DNA of 63,893 nucleotides, the filler included, from Gonapodya sp. JEL0774 (taxonomy: Eukaryota): assembly GCA_027604505.1 (NCBI GenBank). It is 23 parts of 23 records of this genome, joined end to end, with 100 filler letters (N's around TTAATTAATTAA, not from the genome) between each part and the next. Parts side by side here need not be neighbours in the genome. Positions count along the whole stretch, not along the records: positions 25,130 to 27,814 come from JADIIX010001751.1; positions 27,915 to 30,598 come from JADIIX010001752.1; positions 30,699 to 33,377 come from JADIIX010001753.1; positions 33,478 to 36,155 come from JADIIX010001754.1; positions 36,256 to 38,933 come from JADIIX010001755.1; 18 more parts are not named here. One strand, given 5' to 3'. The stretch's first letter is position 1; each line of letters starts with the position of its first letter. This document shows positions 25,542-38,287 of this stretch, piece after piece. The notes under the pieces were generated by a model. The model searched no databases. It was given only the letters and a program-made list of their open reading frames with translations, and had not been told where the DNA came from. A program made the translations under genes and the position numbers.

Positions 25542-26409
25542 CTCTGAGTTTTCGTCATTCGTCCTTCGAAGGCGACGGGATGTGAGAATTCATGAACTAC
25601 ACCGGCAAACTCAACCTCACATACATTGGCGCGTCCAGGTTTGTCGGATGATACTCTGTGGAGTTATGGGAACGTCACGTACGGAAAAATGGAATCCGGT
25701 CCATTTCCAACGTGGAACCTGTTCATTTTATTGCAGGGATAATCGAGGAGCGTTGAGCTTGAGGGTGCTCCACAGGGTTCATGTTTATCGGCGACTTTCC
25801 CACCCAGACCACATAATCAAGTCTTGGCGCGACTCTCATCGACCCGTTTCATGGTTTTGACGAGATACAGTGGGTGAATGGACTAGGCACCACCTCGTGT
25901 GGCACTTTCCGTTTCCCAACTGTGTGTTCGGTGGGTGACACTAATAATTATAGGAACATTCATAGCGCCCTCAATCCCAACGAAAACAGTCGGCGTTCCG
26001 AGGGAAGCCCGACAATTGCCCGACCTTCCCGTGAGCAGTTCGCGGGCATATTTGACCAAGTCCCAATCAGTTCCAGCTATACCAAGTTACTCTACTGGAA
26101 TACTGGAAGTGTGCATAATTTAAATCAAGGCATTCAAACAGGATTTCAGAGTGACGTTGCCACGGTAAATGATCGTGCAGTGCATGTCATCAGGATTTTG
26201 CATGCGCGACACGAAGTCCCACTGTTCGGCTACGCTTATTCCGCCTGTGATTTTCAACACCATGCACCTTGGATGATTGACAGCCGATTCGTAAAATCAA
26301 GCGTGCATGATATTGTGCCCACGATTACACGGTCACTAAAGAGATCAGTCGCGGTTGAGCTATTGATACATTGTTCGTCGGCAATACTCAGGTTTCAAAA
26401 TAAAATTGG

Positions 26410-27732
26410 TTAGCCTACAATTTCCCCTCCTCGAATAATGATACTGGAAACTCCATCCCAGCCTAGCAGAGCGGAAGGCCACGACCTGATCCTCCTCTCC
26501 CGCACTAAATATACGTATTCTGGATTAGCGTCTGAATCGTCCAATGTAAAAAGCTGAATTGTGCAGTTTGTGCTGGCAAAACTTTGAATCGTCGTGCCCA
26601 GAAAGCTGCTGAGTTTGGCGAATGGTGTTGGATCATGATGCCACAGTTCTCCACAATCAGCATTAAATATGTGGATCCTGATGTGGCTCAGCTCAGTCAT
26701 GCTTTTCACCAATGCGTCAGCAAATGAAGAAAATTGCTCGTGACCCCAGTTGTTGTACTCCAGTTCACCACCCGTCCCGAGGAGCAGGGTTCTAACTTTG
26801 CAGGCATTGTAGCTGAATGGAATGTCAAGCTCCACAGCATCAAAACCCAACTCCACAGTCCCGAGCCTTTCCAGATTGGGAAAATATACTGGGGCCTCGA
26901 GGATGCTAGGCGTGCATGGACGACGGATATCGAGGGACTTGATAAATGCTCTTCGAGCCGAAGGAACGGCAAGGCAGAATGAATCGTGATCCAGCCCAGT
27001 TTCAAACGCAGGAAAAAAGGCAGTGCCCTGTATAGTATGTGCCGAGGGAAACATACGGAGCAGGGTTGCGATATACTGATACCATGTCGATTCATCGTCA
27101 TTGGCCGCTGCCACAATCTTCACACAATCTGCTTCAACGTCCGATGGAAGCTCCATTAGTTGATCCACTGGAGCATCTCCCCACTGTCCGGCCCCGGGAC
27201 CATTGCCAAATTCAATCGAGCGAATCTCAAACAACTTGACGATCGACAGAGTCTTTGCGAGCGCGATCACGCTCTTGTCCCAGAAAGCGCGATCACTTCT
27301 GACATTCCAGTGTAGGTGAGAAACCACTATAATGGGGCTCTCGTGCGAATCCGGGTCTCTGCCAGAAGCCTTAAGTGCTGCTCGCTGAACAAAACTATGT
27401 TCCTGCCCCAACTCCAGTGTCGCCATAAGCTCTGCCGACAAATCAACCTCCACTGACAAACAAGTCCATATTGTTCCAGCACTCTGCTCTTCAGGTCGAA
27501 ACGCGGGGCTCAGCTTGCATATCGGCTTCCGATCATACGACCAGTCCTTGACACTAAGGACGGTGACGGTGCACTCATATCCCATAGCACCTTCCGGGCA
27601 TCCAGGAATGGCGTTCAGGGAAGCGCGGTGGAAAGAGCGGCAGGTGCGAGTAATTTCCCGGTAGAACGTGATGGGTGGAAGCCTACGGAAGATGCGGTGC
27701 AGAATCTCGATTGGAAGAGCATCCATGGCCAA
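26410..27732 (-). CDS. F-box protein with LRR-like C-terminus, apparently intronless
   Basis: MDALPIEILHRIFRRLPPITFYREITRTCRSFHRASLNAIPGC, clearly paralogous to 11920..13500. Confidence 0.85.
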   Translation of the reverse strand: MAMDALPIEILHRIFRRLPPITFYREITRTCRSFHRASLNAIPGCPEGAMGYECTVTVLSVKDWSYDRKPICKLSPAFRPEEQSAGTIWTCLSVEVDLSAELMATLELGQEHSFVQRAALKASGRDPDSHESPIIVVSHLHWNVRSDRAFWDKSVIALAKTLSIVKLFEIRSIEFGNGPGAGQWGDAPVDQLMELPSDVEADCVKIVAAANDDESTWYQYIATLLRMFPSAHTIQGTAFFPAFETGLDHDSFCLAVPSARRAFIKSLDIRRPCTPSILEAPVYFPNLERLGTVELGFDAVELDIPFSYNACKVRTLLLGTGGELEYNNWGHEQFSSFADALVKSMTELSHIRIHIFNADCGELWHHDPTPFAKLSSFLGTTIQSFASTNCTIQLFTLDDSDANPEYVYLVRERRIRSWPSALLGWDGVSSIIIRGGEIVG

Positions 27733-27914
27733 ATTACCCTTTCTCGTCGGATTTTCAAGTATCCCGTTGGCACGACCGCCGGGTTGTGCGCTTTGTAATA
27801 AATAGGAGGGGAAANNNNNNNNNNNNNNNNNNNNNNNNNNNNNNNNNNNNNNNNNNNNTTAATTAATTAANNNNNNNNNNNNNNNNNNNNNNNNNNNNNN
27901 NNNNNNNNNNNNNN

Positions 27915-30598
27915 TGGGGGTGATCGCAACCCGATGATCCTCCGGGAAAGGCACCCACGTTTCCGAAGTAGAGCTTCTCACCCTCAAAAGAAGGTGCGGA
28001 GTATTCCTGCCCAGAGCGCGTGTCACGACAATTTCAAAGCTTAATACTTCAATGTACTCACAGCTAAAATCGATGTCACTAAATCATAATTGTTGATCAA
28101 AAAGATCAATCGGCTCCGCCTGTCTCCGAATTCGGCGCTCATCCGGAACAGCAGGGCCTCAATCTCGTTGCGAAGCCGAGATAGACTGTGGCGGAGAGTG
28201 ATACCAAGAAGAGAATCTGTATTTGGCCAAATATAAACACACCTGTTGAGAAGTAATGCGTCATCATAGCCCTGTTGATCAAACATATTGATACAAGGCT
28301 GTGATCAGTGTTACAAGAGGATAGCCCGAACTCTCATATAATCCAAACCTGGTTAAGTGTCAAAATAGAAGCCGCGAACTCGGTGTACCGCCGTGTGACC
28401 TGCATATAATGTACTCGTCACATCCTACAGACACACTCACACCACGACTCACAAAGTGCGGCGTGACATCCTTGGTCGGTCCCAGAAGCTTCGCAGCGGA
28501 CGCTTTTTTGAGGCTCTCGATGTGAAGATCGATCAGAGTTTGAAACTTGGGCCAAAGGAGCATGGTGATGGCGTTCGTGAACCCTTCCAGTCCGGGTATC
28601 CGCCTCTTTTGCATAATCAGTTGAGCTTGCTGGTTCAACCTGATGCAGAGCAGCACCCCGACCGCATCGTAACTGGCTTCGGCGAACTGCTTCACCAAAC
28701 CGAGGAGAAGTTTCAACGTGGGTTCAAAAATCTCGGCGAAGACCGAGCCGGCCACGCTCGTTCCCGACGAACCGTGACCCTGTCGACTACGGGGGGAGAA
28801 AAAGTACTCCGTGGTGAAGATGTATTCGGAGCTGGCGTTATCGAGGAGGAGGCGGGTGATACTTTTGAAGATTACTTCAAAGGGGTATTTCTGTCGATTT
28901 CGGGAAGAAGACAATTACGTTCAGACGGTAGATATTGTTCCTGTCTCAATAGACAAGTTGTCAACCATAGCTCACCGTGTTATTCGCTTCCGCCACATTC
29001 ACCAAAATGATGCCCGGATCCGGATTCAACAAAACCTGCACCCTCTCCCCCAACGCGAACACGTTGGCCTTGTCCTTGACCACCGTCTTGCTCTGCCCCA
29101 CGCCCAATCCCAATATCGACAGTCCTCTCCTCGCACCTTCCTCTGCGATCAAGTCCGACTTGTCCGAAGGAGCGGGAGCTTGGAGGCGGAGGGCGGCTCG
29201 GCAGTAGCGGTCGAAGAGAGCCAGATAATGGGCTTGTAAGGTGGCGACGTAGACGGAGCGTACTTCGGAGGCGGCCTCCGGATGGCGCTCGAGGAGGAAC
29301 CAGTACATGTCCCGGTTCTTAAGGAGAACTGTGTTATATCGGGGCAGGCCGTGAAGTAAGATGTTGTGCTCTGAACAAGAGAGTTCTGAAATGCGGCGCT
29401 AATCACACCAACCGTTTTGTTGAATAATCGCAACGTTTGTGGTGGTGATTCGTAAAGCCTTGAGCTTTTCAATGATAAACTCCCTGAGTCTCTCGGAAGC
29501 CTGAAATTGCAACCAGAGATCAATCGTTTGTGCTAAATCATTGACCACGATCGTACGTCTGATTTCCTCTTCAATCACCCACCTTTAACCTCAGCCTTTC
29601 CAACTCCGGTCCAATCTCCTTGAAGGCCCTCAGAACATGTTTTCCTTGCTGCCCCTTCACGAACGCCATCTTTTCAGTGAGCTGCTGGATGGCTTCCATG
29701 TACGAGTCATTGATTTCGCCTTCACATATTTTGCTGAGATCGGACGAGGCGGTTGTTGAGGAGGCAGGCGAGGACGGATGTAAGTGTGATGGAGGGACGA
29801 AGAGAGCAGACTCACCGAATGATTGAAGGACTAACAATGACACCGTCGAGAAGGGTACCAAGTTGTCGCTCCACTGCCTATAAGAGTTTCGTGTCATCGA
29901 TCGCCAGAACTCCAGCTCAGTAATGTTTCACTTCTGATATGATGCCAGTCGACCAAGCCACCACTTACCGCCCTATTCCTCAACTTCACGTCCATCCTCT
30001 CACTTCTACTCTTGAGCTCCGTGATCTCTTCCGCCAGTCCTCCCAGTTCCTCCTGGAAACTCGCAAACAGCTTTTCGAGGTCGGAGAGGAGGGAGGTGCA
30101 GTGGGAGAGTTGGGAGTGGAGAGAGGTAAGCTGGCGGGATTGTTGGACATCTCGAGCGATGGAGAAGGTGGAGAGCAGGGTGATGAGGTGGGAGGTTCGG
30201 GTGGGTTGGTTATTCCGGTCCACTAGCTCACGGTCTTTAAACGCACACCGAGATACTGGCGTCTCGCACATGACTCAAACATTTCACGAGCTTCACTTAG
30301 AATCATCACTTCCACAAAGCCCACAGCACGCTGTAGTTCCTCTGTACACACTTTCTTACTCACAATCCATCACGTGTTCGTTCTCCACCTCCTTCAGCTG
30401 TCGCTCAATATCTTGTGCGTACTTGCGGAGGTCCACACCCTGAATAAAACGCATGATTTGAGAGGGAGGAGTACCGAAAGTGGGGGGTCATGATTCAAAG
30501 GACCGAACGTGGTCTTCGCCAGTTGAGGTTCGTACCTTGTGAATCGCTTCCCGAATGAGCTCGTCTTCATAAAACATGTCCTCCGAGATACCTCCTAT
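27915..30598 (-). CDS. VPS52: GARP complex subunit Vps52/Sac2, internal part
   Basis: GVDLRKYAQDIERQL, PELERLRLK, LLLDNASSEYIF, YDAVGVLLCIRLN, LLWPKFQTLIDLHIESLK, IFLINNYDLV. Confidence 0.95.
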
Positions 30599-30698
30599 NN
30601 NNNNNNNNNNNNNNNNNNNNNNNNNNNNNNNNNNNNNNNNNNTTAATTAATTAANNNNNNNNNNNNNNNNNNNNNNNNNNNNNNNNNNNNNNNNNNNN

Positions 30699-31213
30699 CT
30701 TCCAGAGGCATACACATGGCGGGAACTGGTCTCCAAGTGGAAGTTGGAGCCGAGCTCACCCAACAACTTGGAACTGCCCAGGCTGGTCCAGGAGCGTCCT
30801 GATGAGTACAGGTGGCTGCTCCCTGGAGGGTGTATCCGAGAACAATAAGGGACATCACTTTTTTGGATCCTGTAATATCGTGTAAATATGCATGGTAATT
30901 TTTGTAAATACATATCATTGTATGACGCTGCACGATCAGATTTACCATGATCGGTTGCATCGCTGTGTTCCACCTGAACTTCAGCTGCATGTCCACGTTT
31001 CCGTGAGGCACCACATTGTGCCGGTAGACGGATGGTGGGGAAGGGTGGTAGATACAAAAGATCATTAAGTGTGGTTTTGCGGCAAGTGATCACTAGAATG
31101 GTATTCCGACCCACCAGGTCAAAAACCCGGACCCGACCCAACCTGGTACCATGGGTCCGGATCCGGTCACTACTTCTGTGACTCGGACCTATCGGATCCG
31201 GTCATGAATACTG
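30699..31213 (-). mobile_element. Decayed hAT-like DNA transposon end
   Basis: The minus strand begins CAGTATTC with subterminal repeats (CGGATCCGGTCA at 31158 and 31193, plus GGACC/GACCC repeats). Remnant peptides RWNT and VPAMCMPLE resemble hAT RWNS and IPATSVPSE. Confidence 0.45.
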
Positions 31214-32483
31214 CTTGGTACAGTAGGGTCCACCAGTTCACCAAGTCTTATAATTAAAGATAATACATCCACAAGCCGTATGATGTTTCCATTCGTAAAG
31301 ACTTTTTCGAGATCCTCGCCAGAAGTTGAGACAATCTGGTTGAGCGATAGCGTAAAGAGCTTTCGTACAAAACAAAAGAGTCCGTCCAGGTCTGATTCGG
31401 GATCTGTTGACAATCCAGGAGCGCGTCCTGACGTCCATCCGCCTTTGCGAGTACCAGGATGAAAAAATCACCAGCTCCGTTTGCTGCGGAGATGAAATGG
31501 GTCCCCTTGAAACAGATGAGAATGAATTCCCGGTAGTGACAGTCCAACGAGGACAACCTCCGCAGATACGGCATTCCCAGAAAGCGTGCCCTGCGTTCAA
31601 CATCTCCATCATTGAAATGTGGTGACGGGAATGCAGCAATCCAAGCGCCCCGAATCAATTCCATTTGTGCACGTCGAATGTCTGATCCGTGGTCACCATC
31701 TGCGATAGAGACAGAGCAGCTCCCATCACTCCCCAGCATCCTTTTCAAGGATCTCCAATCGCTCGTTTTCAAGCGAGCGGCACAATTGACAATTTGCTTC
31801 TGAAAGGTGTCCTCTGTACCTACTGTTGTTTACGGTACACGTGGAACCGTTGCTGACAAGGACTCATATGATGATGTGGATGCAACCTCCACCTCACCGA
31901 TTGCATTGTTGAGGACACAAAAGGCGATATGATTGAGGCGCTGGGTCGTGGTGTAATGCTTTGTGAAGTGTGGTGTGAGCGATGTGGAAGGGAGCAGCCG
32001 CCGTGGAAGGGAGTGAACAGTCTGTAACACCATTGCACAAACAATGTGAACAGGAAGTTTGACGTCATGGGAGACAGAACAGCAACTGGAGTGTGGGACC
32101 TTCCATCATGTTTCGTCTCGAGGTCTTTCGGGTGATGTCAGCGTCGTCGGACAAATTGAATCCAGTACTGGGTGGTGGTCAGAACCCGTTACTATGAACT
32201 CTCCTAGTTGTATAGATGATCCTGCTTAATATTCGGTACTAATTCGTTCATAGACATAGACATTTGGGTAATATTTGTTGGTATAGAAGATCAACCCTCC
32301 TGTTCCAAAACTCTCTCTGTGTGAAGCCAATACTCTGCACCTTGCGTTTTCGCTCCCTATATTTAATTTATCGAACACTATTATTATGGCGTTGAGGGTC
32401 TACCGTTGGTCACAACCGGCACCCAGACACACTAAATATTAAAATTTGTAATGTACAAAATTCCCAGACTCAGGATATATTTG

Positions 32484-32556
32484 GTCCGCGTAGGCTAGTG
32501 GATACGCCGTCCGTTTCCGGAGCGGGAGGTCGCAGGTTCGATCCCTGCCGTGGACG
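32484..32556 (+). tRNA. tRNA-Arg(CCG), intronless
   Basis: Acceptor GTCCGCG/CGTGGAC, D-arm GGC/GCC, anticodon arm TCCGT-TTCCGGA-GCGGG, T-arm GCAGG-TTCGATC-CCTGC, followed by TTTT. Confidence 0.92.
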
Positions 32557-33748
32557 AATTTTGCCGACGGGCACGACATGAGGACGTAGCTTTTTGCTCG
32601 CGGTTCAGTTCGGGGCTCGGGCGATGCGGATGATGGCATTCGCGAACCCGCTCTGTGTGAGTCAATGTTTCCGTTGTGCGTGTTGGTAATTAATGCAGCC
32701 AGAACTGAGACCTCAAATTGCAAACCACATTGCAGGAGGAAACTTATTGTGCGTTTCTGACTGTTACAGTGCTCAAAGAGGTAGAGGCTCTTGGCAACAC
32801 AACCTCGGGAGAATGTAATATGTTGTGTGCTATTGTTTCTGGTCTTTGGGAATTGCGAAACGGATAAAGACAGATAAACTAGGAGAGGAACGACCTGTCG
32901 CTAGCAATCCATAAGCAACTTTGAGACAGGTATGCTGTCCCGTGGACTGCACGCCAGTAGAAATGGGATCACATCAGTTACTCATGCTGCATGCACGTCT
33001 GAGTTTGACTGGCTGTCACTTCCCACAAACATGCTTGCACCACCTCAAAGGAATTTTCTTGTTTCCTGCCATTTCACAGGTGACTCACTATCAGCTAGTT
33101 TGATTGCGGAGATAACAAAAGGAAGCCAATGCGTTCTAGTTAGCAAACGTTGCTATATCCAACACCACAATAAACCATTGGTCGTTCACCACAGGTAGAA
33201 ATCAAACAAAAAATAAATGATTATTCCAGAGATTACATCTTCCCGGCACATTGAACACCACTCCTCCAGTCCCACCACCACAACTGATCACTCACTCACG
33301 CAAACTACAAAAAGGACAGTCCAAGGATGGAACAGGCATTGTTTCAAGTTTCAAGCATTGTTTGTAAGTTTGATAAGNNNNNNNNNNNNNNNNNNNNNNN
33401 NNNNNNNNNNNNNNNNNNNNNTTAATTAATTAANNNNNNNNNNNNNNNNNNNNNNNNNNNNNNNNNNNNNNNNNNNNCTTTACCTTGAAGTCAAATATGG
33501 ATGAGGCCGTTCTACCAGTTGTATTCCGTCTGATCGTGTGGGTACAATTTCGTCCAAAGCATCATGACTTGGACCTCCCCGAAGACAGCACACAATCCAC
33601 CGACTGAGCATCAAAGTATCCAATTTTGATCCAATAGATCCATAATAAAGTGTATTTAGTCAAAACTACTAAATTTCACCGTGCAGAATAAATATTACAG
33701 TACGTGAAGGTGGGTGTGGGTATAGCTGCTTCATGCACTAAATCCCGA

Positions 33749-36155
33749 CTAAAACGTAACCGTCCGTACAGGTTGAGCTGGCCTTGGCAACTTTTCGAGT
33801 TCATCCTCCTCAGAGTCACTTATGACAGGTGCCTGTCGGGGTCTCTCTCCAGTGGGACTCGGTGGGAAGTCCTTGGACAGGGGGCTCGAACGACCAGAGC
33901 TCTCCTTGACAAAGCTGAGAGATTTTTGCACCCTTCGCTGGGTTTCCAGGCTGGCACGGAACTTTTCGTACTCCCCCGCGTTTACGTCCATGCTAGATAG
34001 CATAGCGTCAAGTGTCTCTTCCACTGTGACACCAACAAGACCGTCAGTTATGTGAATCTCGACGCGTGACATTCTCGAGACAGTACCTTGCTCCAAATCA
34101 GCGTCATCGTCCCCAACTTCGCTTTCACCGAATTCGCTCGCCTTTTCACTCAACCGTTCCAGCTCATCCCCGACATCATCCAAAGGCTTAAGAACTCCCA
34201 TAGGAACGAATCCTTCAAGTCCCGTGTTGACGTTCGCAGCCTGCACCCATCCATCGTCGAACCATTTCTGGAGTGGTGACGAATCCGCCGAAGTTTGAGT
34301 GTTGATTCCAAAGACCTGGAAGAAAAAGAGGCACAAACAGGAGTTCACTCACTTTGACGAGAACGTGGTGCCCCACGAGACAGGTCAGCTCGTCCGACTT
34401 TGTGGACTCATACGGAATGGTCACAGTGTACCCTTTGGGCTCTGGTAAAGAGTCACCGCTGATGGAGGAGATTGAGGAGATTGCCGAAAGCGGCGGAAGA
34501 ATGATAGAATGGGACGCCGAGCTTATCGAAGAAGAGCCCGTTCCCGTTCTCGGCAGCCTCTTAAACCTCGCTCGCAAGTTTTCCACAGATGGAGTCGAAA
34601 TGTTCCCCAATGTGGCCTTGAAATCCTCTATAGATGTCGATGGGAAAGGCGGGAGAAGTGCCTTGATCTTGCCCTCCGAAGGCTTGCGCGCCTCGCTGGG
34701 TCGCCGCTTGGTTTTCGTCCCCTGTTTCTTCTCCTCCAGGTCAGGATATGGCAACGGAAGGCCCATCACCTTGGCTCGGAAGTTCTCCATTGACGGTGTG
34801 CGTTCGAGAACAACTGGACCGCTCCTGGCCCTCTCCACCGCGGTCGCAAGGTTGCTTCTTGTCAAGGTACCACTCTCATTGGCTGGGCGCTCCCCGTCCG
34901 ACGACAATTCCACCGAAGACAGATCTTCACGCGTTTCCGGGCCGGAAGTTGACGAGTTCTGTGTTGGCATACGGTCCAAGGAAGTTTTTCTTTTGGCAGA
35001 ATCGATCGTCTGGTAAACTGGAAGAGCCGGTCTATGCTTCTCCCCAACAGGTGAGGTCACCCGTCCAGCGGGCGACGAATTGCGCCTCTCGACACCAAGA
35101 CCGAGGGGAGACAGCGGTGGCGAAGATAATGCCGAAGGTCGCAATGGACGTGGACCAATAACTGGTGACAATCCAGGGGACGATGGAGGCGTATGTGGGC
35201 TCACCATCCGCAAAGGCGACATTGCTATTCGTGGTCCTTCTCCAAGATTTGACGACATCGCTGATGGGATATTGCGTTCGTTGGGGTTGGGCGATCCATT
35301 TCCGTTGAATGAGGTTCGCCTTCCAAGTCGCGACTGATCCCGCAACAGTAGCGTGGGATCCGTGGGTAGTTTCTTAATGGGAATTTTCCTCAACGGTGGT
35401 CCCAAGTCAACTGGAGGGATTACAGGCGACTGGGGCCCTGGCGAAGCTGTGTGATACCGCGGCGGGAGTTCATGGCCGTCTATTGTGGAAAAGGACTCCG
35501 AAGGGCTCTCGGGTCGTGTGAGGCCCTGCTTCCCATCGTTCTTGGAGTCCACTTGAGTGGCTTTCAGTGCTCGGCTCCGTCGTCGGATCAGGAAGAACCC
35601 GGCGATGAAGGCGACTACGACCAGCAATCCACCACCGGCACCTGACAGCAGTGAAGGAAAGGATTGAAACGAGATTTCAAGCATACGGTTGTCCATGCAG
35701 AAGCACCCACCAATGCCAACTAGAATCCATTTCACTCCAGCGGCAGGTTGATCCTGATGCAACAAAAAAACTGTGAGGCACCACAGCTTAGACGTCGTCT
35801 GCCGCCTCTTACCTTCACCCCACTAGGAGCCGCGTCATTCACACTGGTAGATAAAGATACGGTTGATGCTGGGGCCACTGGCGTGGCCATAGCCGTCTCA
35901 GTTGATATTACCGCGCTTGTTCCAACCGCTGTAACTACAAGATTCGCTGCTGCGGAACTCGGAGGTCCAACAACCTGGTCCACAACATTGGTGGAGCAGA
36001 CCGCGAGGGAGGATACGGATGGTAAGCATGCCGCGGGAAGTGCGGGAGTCCCACCCTGAAGACAGAGCTGAGTGCTGGAAACGTCGCATTGAGTCATGGA
36101 AAGATTTGAGCTGGAAGGCGCGAAGACGATCATTAATGTCAACACCCTCGTATCG
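33749..36155 (-). CDS. Single-pass membrane protein with cytoplasmic SH3 domain
   Basis: Cys- and Ser/Thr-rich ectodomain, TM segment LLVVVAFIAGFFLI+RRR, Pro/Ser-rich tail, and SH3 YTVTIPYESTKSDELTCLVGHHVLVK/KWFDDGWVQAAN...GFVPMGVL. Confidence 0.85.
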
Positions 36156-36379
36156 NNNNNNNNNNNNNNNNNNNNNNNNNNNNNNNNNNNNNNNNNNNNT
36201 TAATTAATTAANNNNNNNNNNNNNNNNNNNNNNNNNNNNNNNNNNNNNNNNNNNNCAACAGGCCACAGCAGAACTCAGCAGATTTCACATATAAGCAGCT
36301 CATTTTCCCATGTAGTGTGTGTGAGAAAAAGAGGAGTCAAGTTTCAACATATGTCAATCTGGGTTTGGTGAATGTCATA

Positions 36380-38096
36380 ATTTTTAAGCTCAGTTGTGTG
36401 CACGGAGAAAATATAGATAAGCAACCCAACATCCATCTGAACATAAAGCGTGGCACATTCTTCTGTCTCTTGCTACTGAATGGGGATACAAAATTACTCA
36501 ATTGGACATATCAAATGCTTTCCTGAATGGTAAACTCGAAGAACAGGTGTATCTTGAACAAACACATGGTTTTGCCTAAGGAGGAGGCAACCTGGTTTGC
36601 AGGCTTGAGAAATTGCTCTATGGATTGAAACAGGCTACAAATGTGTGGCTCAAAGTGCTCTCTGATACATTAGTGAACAAGATGCAATTTAAACAGATAC
36701 AGGCAGACCCCGTTGTTTTTATAAAGGAACTTGGGGATGGCAAAGGAAAGATTATTGCAGGCGGGCATGTTGATGATTTTATCTGCATTGCTCCAAACTC
36801 AAAAACTACTGATGAATTTAAACGGGAACTTGCACAGCATTATAAGAGCAAATCTGGCGATTTGGATATCTTCCTTGGTGTGGAAGCAAAGCAAGACTTG
36901 GAAACAAGTACTATCACCATCCACCACAAACGGAAGATTGTGGAATTGCTCTCAGATTTCAATATGCTCGAATGCCGACCAGTTAGCACGCCAATGCAGC
37001 CAAACATTGAGCTCTCACGTGCAGATTGTCCAAAGACTGCAGAAGAAAAGGAGGGCATTGATGGGAAAGCTTACAGGAGTGGTGTTGGAAGTTTGATGCA
37101 TATAAACACAATGACACGCCCTGATATTTCAACTGCAGTGAAGGTTTTGTCAGAAGCTCTGGACAATCCAAGCAAGAAACATGTTGATGCATTCTATTGG
37201 CTACTCAGATATTTGAATGGAACTCAGGGACATGGTATTACGTATTTGGGAAAGAAAGATTCAAAGAGGAACCTGATGAAACAGAGCAGAAGGTCTTTGC
37301 ATGGTTATGCTTCAGAACCCTTCAAAGGATATTTTGATGCAGACTGGGCCCACGCTGTTTATGATCGCAAATCTCGGTATGTGTTGAGCGGTTATAATTC
37401 ACTTATTCGAACACACCGTACAGAGAAAGCTTAATCTATTTTATCCGACGACCATAGCATCGTCCTCAAATGTGTGCACCAAGTTACCCACATTCTCTAG
37501 TGTAGCTCACCAACCAATAACACTAGAACAAAACTGTATATGGCAAACTTGTAGAGAATTTTAGGGTAAGTACTTTTGCTCCATTAATTATCCTTGAATC
37601 CCAACTCCCCATGGCGCTAGAGCCGTCCGAAATGTCAAAATCTCCCATATCTCAACTGTATGGCTATGTCTTCGTGATGGCAGGGGGAGCAGTATCATGG
37701 TGGAGTGGAAAGCAGGATGTTGTGGCCACCTCAACAACTCATGCAGAGTACATTGCACAAGACTACGCAGTCAGAGAACTCATTTGGATCAAACAGTTCT
37801 TGAAGGAATTAGGCAGCCCCATTGCAGATTCTGTTGAAGTTCATTGTCATGCAACTACATCTCTTCCTGTCTTGATGGGTGATAATCAAGGAGCACTCAA
37901 TCTTGCAAGAAATCCGGTTCTCCACAAACAGACCAAACACATTGATGTGAAGTATCATTTTATCAGAGAACAGTTACAGAAAAATTTGCTTAAGCTCACA
38001 TACTGTCCTACAAAGAGCAACACTGCAGATGTGATGACCAAGCCATTGTCAACACCAGATTTTGAAAGACATTGTGCAGGAATGGGATTGTGTTGA
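36380..38096 (+). mobile_element. Decayed Ty1/copia RT-RNase H region
   Basis: QLDISNAFLNGKLEEQVY, LYGLKQA, GHVDDF, YRSGVGSL, GYFDADWA, STTHAEY, KHIDVKYHFIRE, ADVMTKPL. There is an in-frame TAA near 36577, and an insertion interrupts the ORF. Confidence 0.95.
37382..37657. mobile_element. Solo LTR nested in the copia RNase H region
   Basis: 276 nt bounded by TGTTGAG...CTCAACT, with a 5-bp target-site duplication GTATG (37377-37381 and 37658-37662). Removing it restores DRKSRYGYVFVMAGGAVSW. Confidence 0.88.
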
Positions 38097-38287
38097 AACT
38101 TGACTTGACTTTTTCTCACACACACTACATGGGAAATTGAGCTGCTTATATGTGAAATCTGCTGAGTTCTGCTGTGGCCTGTGGACTCATCATGATTACG
38201 AAACACACCCCAATTTACCAAGGCTCCCAAATGTCCCATAGACCAAGTCTGCGCCATATACAAATAATTATGGCATTATGTCCAACA
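38091..38287 (+). repeat. 3' LTR of the copia element
   Basis: TGTTG...CAACA termini directly after the purine-rich GGAATGGGA tract at the end of pol. Confidence 0.7.

Noticed and set aside
31214..32110. Fragmentary ORFs next to the hAT-like end (WECRICG as a BED finger)
   Set aside because: The motif is incomplete and the frames are broken, so there is not enough support.
32276..32377. TGTT...AACA segment upstream of the tRNA as a tRNA-targeted solo LTR
   Set aside because: It is only about 100 nt, with a weak terminal inverted repeat and an imperfect TSD (ATATT vs CTATT).
32484..32760. tRNA as the head of a SINE
   Set aside because: The cloverleaf is intact and followed by a T-run terminator, with no tail or TSD visible.
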